Shown: one piece after another, positions 1-9,344 of the stretch
Numbering within the stretch: the stretch's first letter is position 1
How the letters are laid out: the number at the start of each line of letters is the position of its first letter
Assembly (NCBI GenBank): GCA_003978865.1
Contig: QNXS01000078.1
Location: forward strand, 1 to 36,897
From: Archaeoglobus sp.
Lineage (GTDB): Archaea > Halobacteriota > Archaeoglobi > Archaeoglobales > Archaeoglobaceae
Direction: 5' to 3'
Length of the DNA stretch: 36,897 nucleotides
The notes under the pieces: model-generated
Database searches by the model: none
The model's input: only the letters and a program-made list of their open reading frames with translations
Told to the model about the DNA's origin: nothing
Position numbers and translations under genes: made by a program

Positions 1-752
1 CCAATCCTTAGCGTGAAGTTCGTATCTGGACGGATTTTGGCCGGGATCGTTGTAAACTCCGAGATAGCCAATTTGGGTTTGCCGATAACCGATACGCTCA
101 GCGGAAGTTCAAAACTGTAGATGTTTCCAAATTCGTCCTTGCACTCTATATCGAGCTTCGCCTCGTGTTCTCCAACCTCCAAGCTTTTATTGGCGTATAT
201 TACGAATTTGAGGGACTTTACTTCGTTACTCCTCCAGCTCTTAAAGAATCTGTCCGTATCTTTGGCTAAAAATCCGCTAAAGCTCAGTCTAACATCTTTG
301 GTGTTTCCACCTCTGTTTACGACTTTAATCGTAACGTTTCCGGTCTCTCCCGGTTTAACGCTTCCTTCAATGCTTAAAATCTCAAACTGCGGTTTGTCAA
401 CGACTACTATGGCATACGTTCCCCTTACGTATCCGTTTCTTGGAGTATCGTTTACGAACTCCACGTAGCTAAGTCTAACCTCAAGCTCGTAAATTCCGGG
501 TTTGTCTGCGTATGCTTCAAATTCAACTGATGTTTTGCCGGTAAAATCACCCAAACTTACGCTTTTGCTCAGAAATCCCGAAATTATCAGGTTTGCGTTG
601 TGTATAGGGGTTTGGGTGCTTACCTCAACATCAACTACGAATTTGCCGATGGTAGGCTTTTCCGGAATCGTTTTAACCGACAGCTCAACGGCATTAGCTG
701 TTTGAACTATCAAGAGTAGGAGTAAAATACCCAATATAGCTTTAAATCTCAT
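1..752 (-). CDS. secreted S-layer/CARDB-like surface protein, N-terminal part (gene runs off the window start)
   Basis: Absent from the ORF track because it is open at the window edge. My translation from ATG (752-750) gives MRFKAILGILLLLLIVQTANA/VELSVKTIPEKP..., a signal peptide followed by beta-rich repeats (KPGETGNVTIKVVNRGG). GGAGGT lies 6 nt upstream. Track ORFs 121-468 and 502-705 (+) are its antisense shadows. Confidence 0.6.
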   Translation of the reverse strand, partial: MRFKAILGILLLLLIVQTANAVELSVKTIPEKPTIGKFVVDVEVSTQTPIHNANLIISGFLSKSVSLGDFTGKTSVEFEAYADKPGIYELEVRLSYVEFVNDTPRNGYVRGTYAIVVVDKPQFEILSIEGSVKPGETGNVTIKVVNRGGNTKDVRLSFSGFLAKDTDRFFKSWRSNEVKSLKFVIYANKSLEVGEHEAKLDIECKDEFGNIYSFELPLSVSVIGKPKLAISEFTTIPAKIRPDTNFTLRI

Positions 753-1270
753 TTTTTAACCTCCTAAATGCCTTCAAAATAAAATCATACTTAGGGGAAT
801 CCACATCCATACAGACTGAATACATAGCCAGACAATCCAGAAATGCGAGTACTTTGAACGGTTTTCGTTCTTGAAATAGTAGAAAGTGTATTTTTCGAAA
901 CTTCAGTTTCTGCAACTTCTTGAGCAGTATCATTTAGATTTCTCAAATAAAATTTCAAAGCTGCTTCAAGATCTTTTTTCATTATGGACTTGTAGATTGA
1001 TCAAATTATTAACATTTTTGGTTGATTCAAAAGAATTCACATAATCGAAAAGTGGTAATGGTATTCAGTTATCCAATGTTATAAGGACAAAGTAAATTGT
1101 GTTTATGGTAAATTATGTTTATGTAGTGGATGCTAAAACGATTCACAACTTCGATTGCCAAACTTTTGTTCATGAACAAAACAAAATAGCAAAAATCGTA
1201 ACAAAACTCGCTAAGGAAAAACAAAAAATAAAGGATGGCTCGAAAAGTTGGTAGATCAGGTGATGGTAGC

Positions 1271-1735
1271 ATGGAATGCGAAATATGTGGCAGGGAAATT
1301 AAAGGTAGAAGTTACAGGATTCTGGTAGAAGGCAGTGAAATGACCGTCTGTGCTAAGTGCAAGGATTTTGGAGCTGAGAAACCATTTGTCGAAATAAAAA
1401 AACTAACCCTCAAAAAGAAATCAAAACCAAAAGTAGAACCCATAGAATTTGTGGAGGAACTTGTTGAAAACTTCAACGAGATAGTAAGAAGAGAAAGAGA
1501 GAAAAGAGGTTGGAGCCAGTCAGAACTCGCATTGAAAATACAGGAAAAGGAATCTCTTATAAGAAAGATTGAAAACTGTGAAATAACTCCCGAACCTGAG
1601 GTTGTAAAAAAGTTGGAGAAACTCTTCGGTGTAAAACTTATGGAAAAAGTTCCGGAAATAAAAGTGGACATGAAAAAATCGAACATAACTCCAACGCTTG
1701 GAGATGTGGTAGTAATAAAGAAAAAGAAAAAGTAA
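1271..1735 (+). CDS. mbf1: archaeal multiprotein bridging factor 1 (Zn-ribbon + Cro/C1-type HTH)
   Basis: N-terminal CxxC...CxxC (MECEICG...CAKC) and a C-terminal HTH (REREKRGWSQSELALKIQEKESLIRKIE). GGTGATGG precedes ATG 1271. The track start at 1235 is an alternative. Confidence 0.85.
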   Translation: MECEICGREIKGRSYRILVEGSEMTVCAKCKDFGAEKPFVEIKKLTLKKKSKPKVEPIEFVEELVENFNEIVRREREKRGWSQSELALKIQEKESLIRKIENCEITPEPEVVKKLEKLFGVKLMEKVPEIKVDMKKSNITPTLGDVVVIKKKKK

Positions 1736-1771
1736 GAAAAATGTAATTTATTTTTTAAATGAAAAAAGAAA

Positions 1772-3019
1772 ATGAAGGAAATTAATATCCGGAGAAAGGA
1801 TTTCGAAACGGTTGATGGAGCCGTTAAAGAAGCTGTAAATCTTGTAAAAAGAGGATATCAGGAGAAACAGGTAGTTGCAAGGATTAGCAGAACTCTAAAA
1901 AACATAAAAATACCTTTTTCCGCCAAGGACGTATACACAGCAGCCAAACTAAGAATAAAAGCTAAGGAAAAATTTGGCAATCTATCTCAAAAGTTATTCT
2001 TTGATGAGAGCGGATACCGCTATTCAACTCCCGCATTAGTTGCGGAATACAGGGCTAAGAGGCTTAAAAATTACTCGATTGCAGACGTTAGCTGTGGAAG
2101 TGGTTTGCAACTTGCATTTTTCGGTTTTTTCACTGATGCTACGGGTGTTGAGTTGAATAAAAAAAGGGCATACATTGCTAAAATGAATATAACTGCCCTA
2201 AATTCAAGTGCTGAAGTTTACTTTGGGGATGCATTTGAATATAGAGCAAACGAGGAGGTTATATTCTCCGATCCAGCAAGACCTGAAAGTGAGGAGATAA
2301 GAACTCTAAGGGGTCTCCAACCAAATCCTATAAAACTTGCAGAAAAGTTTTCAGATAAATTGCTTGCATTTGAACTTCCGCCACAAATGCCTCCGGAAAG
2401 GGTTGACAGATCATTCTCAGTTCTTGGAGGAAAAATTAAAGGTGAGAAGGAATACACGTCTATAAGATTTAGGCTCAATAGACTTGCCTTCTATTCGGGA
2501 GAGCTTGCTACATGCAAAGTTTCAGCATTGTCACTTCCTTCCGGAGAGAGAGTAACATCAGATGACAGTAAAGCAGAACTAAAAAATGGAAAAATTGGAG
2601 AAATTTTGGCTGAAGTTGATAGGACAGTTGTTCATGCTGGGCTTCTTGAGAATCTGGTAGGAAAACTTGATATAGATGCCTGCATAGCTTTTAGAGATTT
2701 AAGGAGAACTGTCTTGAGCGTTAGTGAGGTTACGAATTCTGCATTTTTGAGACACTATGAAGTTGTATGTAAGGCAAAAAGTCTTTCTGAATGTAGAGAA
2801 AAACTTGAACAAATCGGGGCGAGAAAAGTAACTCTGAGATTCAGCATTGATCCGGAGAAGTACTGGGATATAAGAAAAAAACTTGAATCTGGACTTAAAG
2901 GAGATAAACACATTTATTTGTTCAGATTTGACAAGTTTATAATGTGTACGTCGCTAACCGAACGGGAATGGGAAACAAAAAATAAATCGGGTTTGAACAA
3001 TCATCATGCACAAATCTGA
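1772..3019 (+). CDS. class I SAM-dependent methyltransferase (probable RNA methyltransferase)
   Basis: SAM-binding motif I (IADVSCGSGLQLAFFG) and a post-motif FSDPARP. A C-terminal extension follows. It overlaps the purP start by 14 nt. Confidence 0.6.
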   Translation: MKEINIRRKDFETVDGAVKEAVNLVKRGYQEKQVVARISRTLKNIKIPFSAKDVYTAAKLRIKAKEKFGNLSQKLFFDESGYRYSTPALVAEYRAKRLKNYSIADVSCGSGLQLAFFGFFTDATGVELNKKRAYIAKMNITALNSSAEVYFGDAFEYRANEEVIFSDPARPESEEIRTLRGLQPNPIKLAEKFSDKLLAFELPPQMPPERVDRSFSVLGGKIKGEKEYTSIRFRLNRLAFYSGELATCKVSALSLPSGERVTSDDSKAELKNGKIGEILAEVDRTVVHAGLLENLVGKLDIDACIAFRDLRRTVLSVSEVTNSAFLRHYEVVCKAKSLSECREKLEQIGARKVTLRFSIDPEKYWDIRKKLESGLKGDKHIYLFRFDKFIMCTSLTEREWETKNKSGLNNHHAQI

Positions 3020-4094
3020 AATAGACAGAGAAAAACCACTTGAGATACTAAAAGAATATGACAGGGATAACATAACCATAGCGACACTTGGTAGTCATTC
3101 TGCTCTGAACATTCTTAGAGGAGCAAGAGATGAAGGATTTAGGGCTGTTTGTATTTGTAGAAGGCGAGAAAGGATAATTTATGAATCCTTTGAAATTGCC
3201 GATGAACTGATCGAGATAAAAGACTACAGCGATCTGCTAAAAAAAAGCCTACAGGATGAACTTGTTGAAGTAAATACAATACTAATTCCACACGGAACGT
3301 TTAATGCATACATTGGAAATCTAAACGATCTCTACGTTCCCGTTTTTGGAAACAGAGAACTTATGCTCTGGGAGACTGTAAGAGAGAAGCAGATGAGATG
3401 GCTGCTTGAAGCTGGGTTGAACTTACCTAAGGCGTATTCAAGTCCTGAAGAAATAGACAGGCTTGTTATAGTGAAGTATCCCGGGGCAAGAGGAGGCGCT
3501 GGTTACTTTCTTGCAACTTCTCCGGAGGACTTCTACGAAAAATCAGAAAAAATGATTGAAAAGGGAATTATAGACAGAGACGATCTGAAAAAAGTATACA
3601 TACAAGAGTACATAACTGGAGCAAATGTTTACTTTACTTTTTTCTACTCACCTGTTTTCGAAAGAGTTGAACTAATTGCTGCCGACAGAAGGTATGAATC
3701 GAGTATAGACGGTATGGGAAGAATACCTGCTGATATTCAGCTGAAATCCGGAATATCTCCTACATACACGGTTGTTGGAAACTTCCCGGTAGTTTTGAGA
3801 GAGAGTTTGCTGTCAAAAGTGCTTAGAGCTGCTAAAGGTGTTGTTGAAGTCTCCAAGAAGATAGCATATCCGGGAATGGTGGGACCCTTCTGTCTTGAAA
3901 CGGTTTTTGATGAGAACGCAGAGATGTACGTTTTTGAAATTTCTGCGAGGATCGTTGCAGGCAGTAACGTTGGAATACCTTACTCTCCCTACTCCTATAT
4001 ACTTTTTGGGGAACCGATGTATGCAGGTAGACGAATTGCGAGAGAAGTAAAGCTTGCAGCTAAAAGAGATATGCTTGAAGAACTCGTTTACTAA
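3006..4094 (+). CDS. purP: 5-formaminoimidazole-4-carboxamide ribonucleotide (FAICAR) synthetase, ATP-grasp
   Basis: The N-terminal ITIATLGSHSALNILRGARDEGF and the ATP-grasp body (VKYPGARGGAGYF, IQEYITGANVYFTFFYSP) are typical of archaeal PurP. Confidence 0.85.
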   Translation: MHKSEIDREKPLEILKEYDRDNITIATLGSHSALNILRGARDEGFRAVCICRRRERIIYESFEIADELIEIKDYSDLLKKSLQDELVEVNTILIPHGTFNAYIGNLNDLYVPVFGNRELMLWETVREKQMRWLLEAGLNLPKAYSSPEEIDRLVIVKYPGARGGAGYFLATSPEDFYEKSEKMIEKGIIDRDDLKKVYIQEYITGANVYFTFFYSPVFERVELIAADRRYESSIDGMGRIPADIQLKSGISPTYTVVGNFPVVLRESLLSKVLRAAKGVVEVSKKIAYPGMVGPFCLETVFDENAEMYVFEISARIVAGSNVGIPYSPYSYILFGEPMYAGRRIAREVKLAAKRDMLEELVY

Positions 4095-4160
4095 ACTTTA
4101 AATTTTTTAATTAAATTTTTAAGCTTTTAACAATTAAAAAACTAAAAATTGTTTGAAGCT

Positions 4161-4967
4161 TCATCTGAAATATCCCAAGTCTTCATCACCTTTCCACTGC
4201 ATTGCGCTTTCCTGCATCTCCTTTATTTGGGCTATTAGTTTTTCCATTTCCTTAGCTCTTTCATCAAGAGCTTCAACACTGACGTCAAGTTTTAGAATCT
4301 TCATCAGCACTTCCAGAACAGCCTTAGCGCTTTTTGGATCAACCATGTACCCAGAAGTTGAACCCATCAGACATGCTGCTTCAATTCCCTCGAGCATTGC
4401 CACCCCGAGCAAAAGCCCTGAAGCTCCTATTATGCCTCCTCCCGGTTCTCCATCCTCAAATCTCACGCCGTATTGCTTTAGCTCCTCTACCATCTTTTTA
4501 GAGTTTGCAGCTCCAAGTACGTATGGTTCTTCCACCAGCCGACCGATCCCGTATCCACCGAGTGTATATATTCTCTTAGCTTTAAACTTCTTTGCCACAT
4601 CTATATATGCATTTACAAGCTCAAAATGCCCCTCATTGCTTATACTCTGAAAATCTCCTACAAGTATCAGCAAATCAGGACATTTGCATTCTGATTTGTA
4701 AACGTATATTTCATTTTTTGGAATTGCTATGGTTCCATCGTTCTTTGTCATCACTTGCGGTGGAAAGTGGTGGGAGTATATCTCCACAGCTTTTTCAGCT
4801 TTTAACTCTTTGACAAGGTGGTCTGCAACAAGCTTTCCAACATGTCCTATTCCCGGCAAACCTTCTATGAACACAGGATTTTTTAGCTTGACATCCTCCG
4901 GATTCAAAATAAACCTGACATCAACTCTCTTAAGCATGCTTTCACCTCTTGAGTAAAGTTTACGCAA
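4161..4967 (-). CDS. PAC2-family proteasome assembly chaperone (COG1938)
   Basis: The FIEGLPGIGHVGKLVADHL motif, and its position downstream of aIF2-alpha/nop10 as in many archaea. An alternative start (MLKRVDV) lies at 4937. Confidence 0.8.
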   Translation of the reverse strand: MRKLYSRGESMLKRVDVRFILNPEDVKLKNPVFIEGLPGIGHVGKLVADHLVKELKAEKAVEIYSHHFPPQVMTKNDGTIAIPKNEIYVYKSECKCPDLLILVGDFQSISNEGHFELVNAYIDVAKKFKAKRIYTLGGYGIGRLVEEPYVLGAANSKKMVEELKQYGVRFEDGEPGGGIIGASGLLLGVAMLEGIEAACLMGSTSGYMVDPKSAKAVLEVLMKILKLDVSVEALDERAKEMEKLIAQIKEMQESAMQWKGDEDLGYFR

Positions 4968-5046
4968 CTTTTTATGAGTTTCGGTATTTCAGAGATTCCT
5001 TTTAGAATCAAACAACACAAGTAACCAGTAATGCCAATAATAAATT

Positions 5047-5220
5047 TTACCTGTAAAAAAAGCCAAGCTCCTTTCTTAGTCTTCTGCGGTACTTGCCATA
5101 CGGGTCTTCCAAAGAAAACTTTGGAGGAATTGGCATTATCGTTTTTTCCCCGCACTCAGGGCATACATCTCTTAGAGTATACCTGCCACATTTCTTACAC
5201 TTTTTTATTCTGACTTTCAT
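5047..5220 (-). CDS. nop10: H/ACA RNP protein Nop10 (57 aa; below the ORF-track size cut-off)
   Basis: My translation: MKVRIKKCKKCGRYTLRDVCPECGEKTIMPIPPKFSLEDPYGKYRRRLRKELGFFYR*. It has a CxxC...CxxC zinc ribbon and the PPKFS..D.YG.YRR tail. The ATG lies 3 nt after the aIF2-alpha stop. Confidence 0.85.
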   Translation of the reverse strand: MKVRIKKCKKCGRYTLRDVCPECGEKTIMPIPPKFSLEDPYGKYRRRLRKELGFFYR

Positions 5221-5222
5221 GG

Positions 5223-6059
5223 TTAAATTGCCTCTCTCACAAAGTTACCAGTTCCTCCAAGTTTCTTTATCGTTTTTAACACAGCACCAGTAACTTTTTT
5301 TAGTACTTTTTCTGCAGTTTTGTAATCCTCAGCCTCAATTATTATTCTGTACTTTGGTGCTCCGACGTATTCAAGCTTCATTTCGACATTCTTAGCTTGT
5401 TTATATGCTTCCATGAGTGCTTGTTTTATCCTCTCCACACCGTTAGGTGCATTACTTCTCAACTCAAAGTATCCCCTGACCTTGACTTTTGGTGGTTTTA
5501 TATTCTCCTGAGCTATTTCAGCTATTGCCCTTGCGAGCTTCTCTCCCGCTATTGGTACGAGAACTTCGTAACCTTCGTAAGTTACTTCTTCAAAAGCTCC
5601 ATAAACGGTATCGTACTTTTCCATCAATTTTTTACCCACCTTCAACAGCTCATCTCTTCCTGTTTCTACTTTTTCACCTGCGATTTCGAGCCATTTAAAA
5701 GCCTTCATTTCATTTTTCCATTGCTGAATTTTTTCTTTTCTCTGTCTGTCGTTAACGTCCTTTATTGAGAGGTCTATATGCCCCCTTTTTGGATTTACAT
5801 CAAGAACTTTACAGACAACTTTTTGACCCTTTTTAACATAATCCCTGATATCCTTGATCCACCCCGGAGCAACTTCACTTATGTGTACAAGTCCTTCCTT
5901 ACCTTCATATTCATCGAGTGAGACAAAAGCTCCAAAGTCAAGGACTCTTGTTACAGTACCAATTACTATTTCTCCCTTGGATGGATAACCACTTCTTTTT
6001 ATTACCAGTCTTTCTGATTTTTTATCTGATTTATCAGATGTTTTGTTTTTTTCACCCAT
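5223..6059 (-). CDS. eif2a: translation initiation factor aIF2 alpha subunit
   Basis: S1 domain (GEIVIGTVTRVLDFGAFVSLDEYEGKEGLVHISEVAPGWIKDIRDYVKKGQKVVCKVLDV) followed by helical and alpha-beta domains. Confidence 0.9.
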   Translation of the reverse strand: MGEKNKTSDKSDKKSERLVIKRSGYPSKGEIVIGTVTRVLDFGAFVSLDEYEGKEGLVHISEVAPGWIKDIRDYVKKGQKVVCKVLDVNPKRGHIDLSIKDVNDRQRKEKIQQWKNEMKAFKWLEIAGEKVETGRDELLKVGKKLMEKYDTVYGAFEEVTYEGYEVLVPIAGEKLARAIAEIAQENIKPPKVKVRGYFELRSNAPNGVERIKQALMEAYKQAKNVEMKLEYVGAPKYRIIIEAEDYKTAEKVLKKVTGAVLKTIKKLGGTGNFVREAI

Positions 6060-6117
6060 TGATACATCCCTCAGGGAGAGTAATTTAAATGTTTTTGAGA
6101 TACAAAATTCGAATGCA

Positions 6118-6188
6118 AAATAAGTGTAGCCCGCCGTGTGGTTTCCCCATCACAGTAGGTTCAGGGGACGCATGGCTGGCGGGCAGTA
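6118..6188 (-). ncRNA. candidate single-hairpin box H/ACA pseudouridylation guide sRNA
   Basis: Minus-strand read: GCCCGCC-AGCCAUGCG-UCCCC[UGA-ACCUACUGU-GAU]GGGGA-AACCACAC-GGCGGGC-U-ACA-C-UUAUUUU. This gives a 7-bp lower stem, a 9/8-nt pocket, a 5-bp upper stem capped by a K-loop (CUGA...GUGAUG), an ACA box 1 nt after the stem, and a U-run. AT-rich TATA-like AGTTATTT lies about 29 nt upstream. Confidence 0.55.
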
Positions 6189-6269
6189 GACTTTTAAGCA
6201 TTGTTGTTGAAATAACTTACTATGGTTACCTCGTTTTAATCTTTATTACATATAAGCTTTTAAGCTTTA

Positions 6270-6683
6270 TTAAAGATAACCAAACAGTGTCAGGTAGTAT
6301 TCAATATTTGAAAGAAAATCTCTCAATGCTCTCATAGGAACGATCAAACATCCGCCACATGAAACAATCCCATCGTCAATTAATGGGACTAAAATCGGGA
6401 TGACTTCTCTACCGCTTAACTTTGAATATCTCCTACATCTTTCCGCATGTTTTTTTGCTTCTCTCTTGACCGCTGAAAGTCTGTACCAGCCACCTGTGTA
6501 TCTTTTTGCATCGATTGCTAATACAAGTTTACCCTTGCAGGCTAAAACATCTATTTCACTTTTACCCATATCATCCCTAAAAACAACTCTGAACTGCGTT
6601 TCAAACTCATAACTCTCAAAAACATCCCTAACAAACTCCTCAAACTTCTGCCAACTATCAAACTCCCAAGTTTTCATCCTCAA
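6270..6683 (-). CDS. Mrr_cat-type restriction endonuclease-fold (PD-(D/E)xK) protein
   Basis: FEEFVRDVFESYEF...SEIDVLA...LAIDAKRY fits the D...(D/E)xK pattern of the Mrr catalytic domain. Confidence 0.5.
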   Translation of the reverse strand: MRMKTWEFDSWQKFEEFVRDVFESYEFETQFRVVFRDDMGKSEIDVLACKGKLVLAIDAKRYTGGWYRLSAVKREAKKHAERCRRYSKLSGREVIPILVPLIDDGIVSCGGCLIVPMRALRDFLSNIEYYLTLFGYL

Positions 6684-6709
6684 AATCCCTTCTTTGATTT
6701 ACTATTGTC

Positions 6710-6913
6710 TTAACCAAGAGATTTGAAATCTGTATTTTTGTAGCTCTGCATGAACCTCACAACCTCTCCAGCAGTTCTTTCATCTTCAACCTTTTTAATT
6801 GTGATAACTCTTCGCAGATAATTCCTGTAACCGCAGGTGCATGTTTTAGTTTTGCTTCCAGCTTTTGCGTAAAGGTATCTGCCACACTTCCTGCATCTGA
6901 AAATGATATACAT
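6710..6913 (-). CDS. small zinc-ribbon protein, DUF1922-like
   Basis: MYIIFRCRKCGRYLYAKAGSKTKTCTCG carries a four-Cys ribbon and a short helical tail, as in the archaeal DUF1922 family. Confidence 0.55.
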   Translation of the reverse strand: MYIIFRCRKCGRYLYAKAGSKTKTCTCGYRNYLRRVITIKKVEDERTAGEVVRFMQSYKNTDFKSLG

Positions 6914-6916
6914 AAT

Positions 6917-8173
6917 TTAAAATCCAAAGTCCTTCTTTATTACTTCTGCTACTTCCATACCAGCTTTAACACTGCCGTTCATACTTCTCTCCGGGTAGTT
7001 TGGTTTTGATGTTATTCCTGCTACATAAAATCCCTTAATTTTGGTTCTGTACGGCGTTATTTTGTTGAGGTATCCCGATTCATAAACCGGTCCACTATAC
7101 TTTGCTCTGAAAAGTTTTGCCCACCTAACCTCTTTCTCTTCCATACCAAACTTGCGGAGATCTCTCAGGTACATCTTTATAACATCTTTCTCGCAGCACT
7201 TCATAAGCTTACTTTCTGGATGCGTGTATCCTGCAAGATAAATTAAGTTCTCTCCGTAATCTTCAAACGGCATAAAGTGTGTGTGTTCGACCACAGCACC
7301 AAAAGTGCAGTTTACGTTGCTCCAGTAAATATCTTCCGTGACAGTTTCATCGCTCGAAAGCAGAACGCACACAGAACTTTGATACTTTACGTCCTTTATT
7401 CCCGATTTACTCTTTAATTCTCTGTTGATGTCACTCAATAAAGGTACTGGAGCTGTCCACAAAACAGCATCAAATTCTTCTCCGTTGACTTTCCACTTTC
7501 CACAATTCTCTACTTTATATACTCCCTGCTTTACTATTTCTACATTCCCGGTTTCAACTTTTGCAACCAGCCTGTCAAATAACTGCTGAAATCCATGCCT
7601 CAGATACCCCAGTTCTTCTCCATTTCTTTTTCTGTTACTCCGTATTGCTACTCTCGCTAAGAGCCAAGAATAACTAACCTCGCCATATTGATTACCAAAC
7701 TTTGACCTGAGAAGGGGCAGAAAGAATGAGTTCAGCAAATCTTCTCCAAGATCTTCCTTTATACCATCTAAAACACTCACTTCATCGTACTTTTTAAAAT
7801 CGCTGTATTTCATCTTTCTGCACTTCAGTGTAAAAAATGCAAGTTTTATCTTATCAAGAAGCTTCATTCCCGGATATCTAATAATCTCATACAGCGTATT
7901 CATCGGGTAAATTTTACCTTCAAATTCCTGACCGATCCTTACTACTCTCCAAACTAACTTGTTTCCTAATCCAAGTCGTTTTATCAGGTTCAAAAGCTCT
8001 TCATCTCTTCTGAAGCAGTGATGATAGAACTTTTCTATGCAGTAAGACGGGCAGTAACTTGAAGCAAGACCTCCGATGTTATCCTTCTCAAAAATTTTTA
8101 AATTGAAATATTCACTAAGTTCGTAAGCAGCTGATAATCCTGTCAATCCCGCACCAACTATTGCCAGCTTCAT
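6917..8173 (-). CDS. NAD(P)/FAD-dependent oxidoreductase (amine oxidase / protoporphyrinogen oxidase-like)
   Basis: N-terminal dinucleotide-binding motif MKLAIVGAGLTGLSAAYEL...FEKDNIGG and the C-terminal FYVAG motif. Confidence 0.7.
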   Translation of the reverse strand: MKLAIVGAGLTGLSAAYELSEYFNLKIFEKDNIGGLASSYCPSYCIEKFYHHCFRRDEELLNLIKRLGLGNKLVWRVVRIGQEFEGKIYPMNTLYEIIRYPGMKLLDKIKLAFFTLKCRKMKYSDFKKYDEVSVLDGIKEDLGEDLLNSFFLPLLRSKFGNQYGEVSYSWLLARVAIRSNRKRNGEELGYLRHGFQQLFDRLVAKVETGNVEIVKQGVYKVENCGKWKVNGEEFDAVLWTAPVPLLSDINRELKSKSGIKDVKYQSSVCVLLSSDETVTEDIYWSNVNCTFGAVVEHTHFMPFEDYGENLIYLAGYTHPESKLMKCCEKDVIKMYLRDLRKFGMEEKEVRWAKLFRAKYSGPVYESGYLNKITPYRTKIKGFYVAGITSKPNYPERSMNGSVKAGMEVAEVIKKDFGF

Positions 8174-8225
8174 GCTCTCTTAATTGTGGTGGGCTATTTA
8201 AATGTAAAAGATGAAATTTTAATGA

Positions 8226-9335
8226 CTACATGAGGTCTTCGCTTGCCATTTCTATAGCCTTGTCTATTTCCCTCTTTAAGAACTCTGGCAATCCTTTAAT
8301 TTCAACATCAAGAAATCCCCTTATTATTGCCGATGTAGCTTCATCTCTTGTTAGACCCCTTGCCATAAGATAGAATATTTCTTCTTCAGCTATCCTGCCA
8401 ACAGCAGCCTCGTGACTTAGATCAACTTCTGGATTCATAGCCTCCAACTCAGGAACTGCGAGTATAGAACCCTTCTCCGAGAGCATGAGTCCCCTGCACT
8501 CAAGATGACCCTTACATCCTCTGCCTTCGCCCCTTATGTATCCCTTAGAGACAACTCTTCCTCCCTTACATATAGCTCTTGAAATTATATCCGCACTGCT
8601 TTTTTCACCCAAGATAGCTTTGTTTCCAAGTTCTATTACAGAATTATCGTGGGCAATTACAAGGCTTGTAAATACCGCCTTTGCATTCTTTCTCAAGTAA
8701 GCTACTGGATAACTTTCAATGTACTTAACAGGGCTAAGTAGCACGTAGTTACTGACCAGTATTCCGTCCTCCTCTACAACAGCCCCGCTCCTCGGTCTAA
8801 CTTCAATGTCCGGCTGCCAGTTATGTATCATTGTGAAAGTTAGCTTTGCACCTTTCTTTACAAAAAATTCTGACACTCCAATATGCATTCCAACTGAGCT
8901 TGGATGAGAAGTACAACCCGAGATAATGTTCAACTCGGAGCCTTCCTCCGCAACAACAAGATTGTATACTTTCTGTGCTTTAACTCTTTTGAGATATAAA
9001 CATGCTTCAACAGGTATGTCTATTTTGCAGTCAGGTAAAGCTCGAATGAAGTAACCATTAAAATCTTCGGCAGCTATTTTTGTGTACTCATCTTTGTCTC
9101 TGCTAACGATTTTCCACATGTAGTCTTTGACCCAGTCATACTTTTCAATTGCTTCCTTTATACTCATAACCTCAATTCCCTCAAGCCATCTGTAAGCTCT
9201 TGCTTCCTGATCAACTTGCAAAAAACTTGCTGACCTCTTGCTCGAGTCAAATTCAACTCCAACGCTTCTCGCTCTCTCAGCAACATTCAAAATTTCTGAA
9301 TCTGATTCAAACTGAGATTTTTTTGGATCTTCCAT
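8226..9335 (-). CDS. sufB: Fe-S cluster assembly scaffold, SufB/SufD family
   Basis: Beta-helix SufBD core (GAKLTFTMIHNW..., GHLECRGLMLS, VPELEA...DLSHEAAVGRI.EEEIFYLMARGL). It sits directly downstream of sufC. I cannot separate SufB from SufD by eye. Confidence 0.8.
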   Translation of the reverse strand: MEDPKKSQFESDSEILNVAERARSVGVEFDSSKRSASFLQVDQEARAYRWLEGIEVMSIKEAIEKYDWVKDYMWKIVSRDKDEYTKIAAEDFNGYFIRALPDCKIDIPVEACLYLKRVKAQKVYNLVVAEEGSELNIISGCTSHPSSVGMHIGVSEFFVKKGAKLTFTMIHNWQPDIEVRPRSGAVVEEDGILVSNYVLLSPVKYIESYPVAYLRKNAKAVFTSLVIAHDNSVIELGNKAILGEKSSADIISRAICKGGRVVSKGYIRGEGRGCKGHLECRGLMLSEKGSILAVPELEAMNPEVDLSHEAAVGRIAEEEIFYLMARGLTRDEATSAIIRGFLDVEIKGLPEFLKREIDKAIEMASEDLM

Positions 9336-9344
9336 TTTAACACC

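Noticed and set aside
121-705. Track ORFs 121-468 and 502-705 on the + strand
   Set aside because: Their products are low-complexity S/L/T-rich sequences. They lie antisense to a much better minus-strand gene (signal peptide, SD, protein-like repeats) that is open at the window edge.
742-982. Two overlapping 63-aa minus-strand ORFs upstream of the surface-protein gene
   Set aside because: They have no recognisable motif or clear SD and are mutually exclusive frames. I cannot support either as a gene.
4153-4650. 165-aa + strand ORF
   Set aside because: It is the antisense shadow of the PAC2-family gene, with S/P/L-rich low-complexity sequence.
6089-6337. 82-aa + strand ORF upstream of aIF2-alpha
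   Set aside because: It covers the H/ACA hairpin and the 3' end of the neighbouring minus-strand gene, has no SD, and its sequence is not protein-like.
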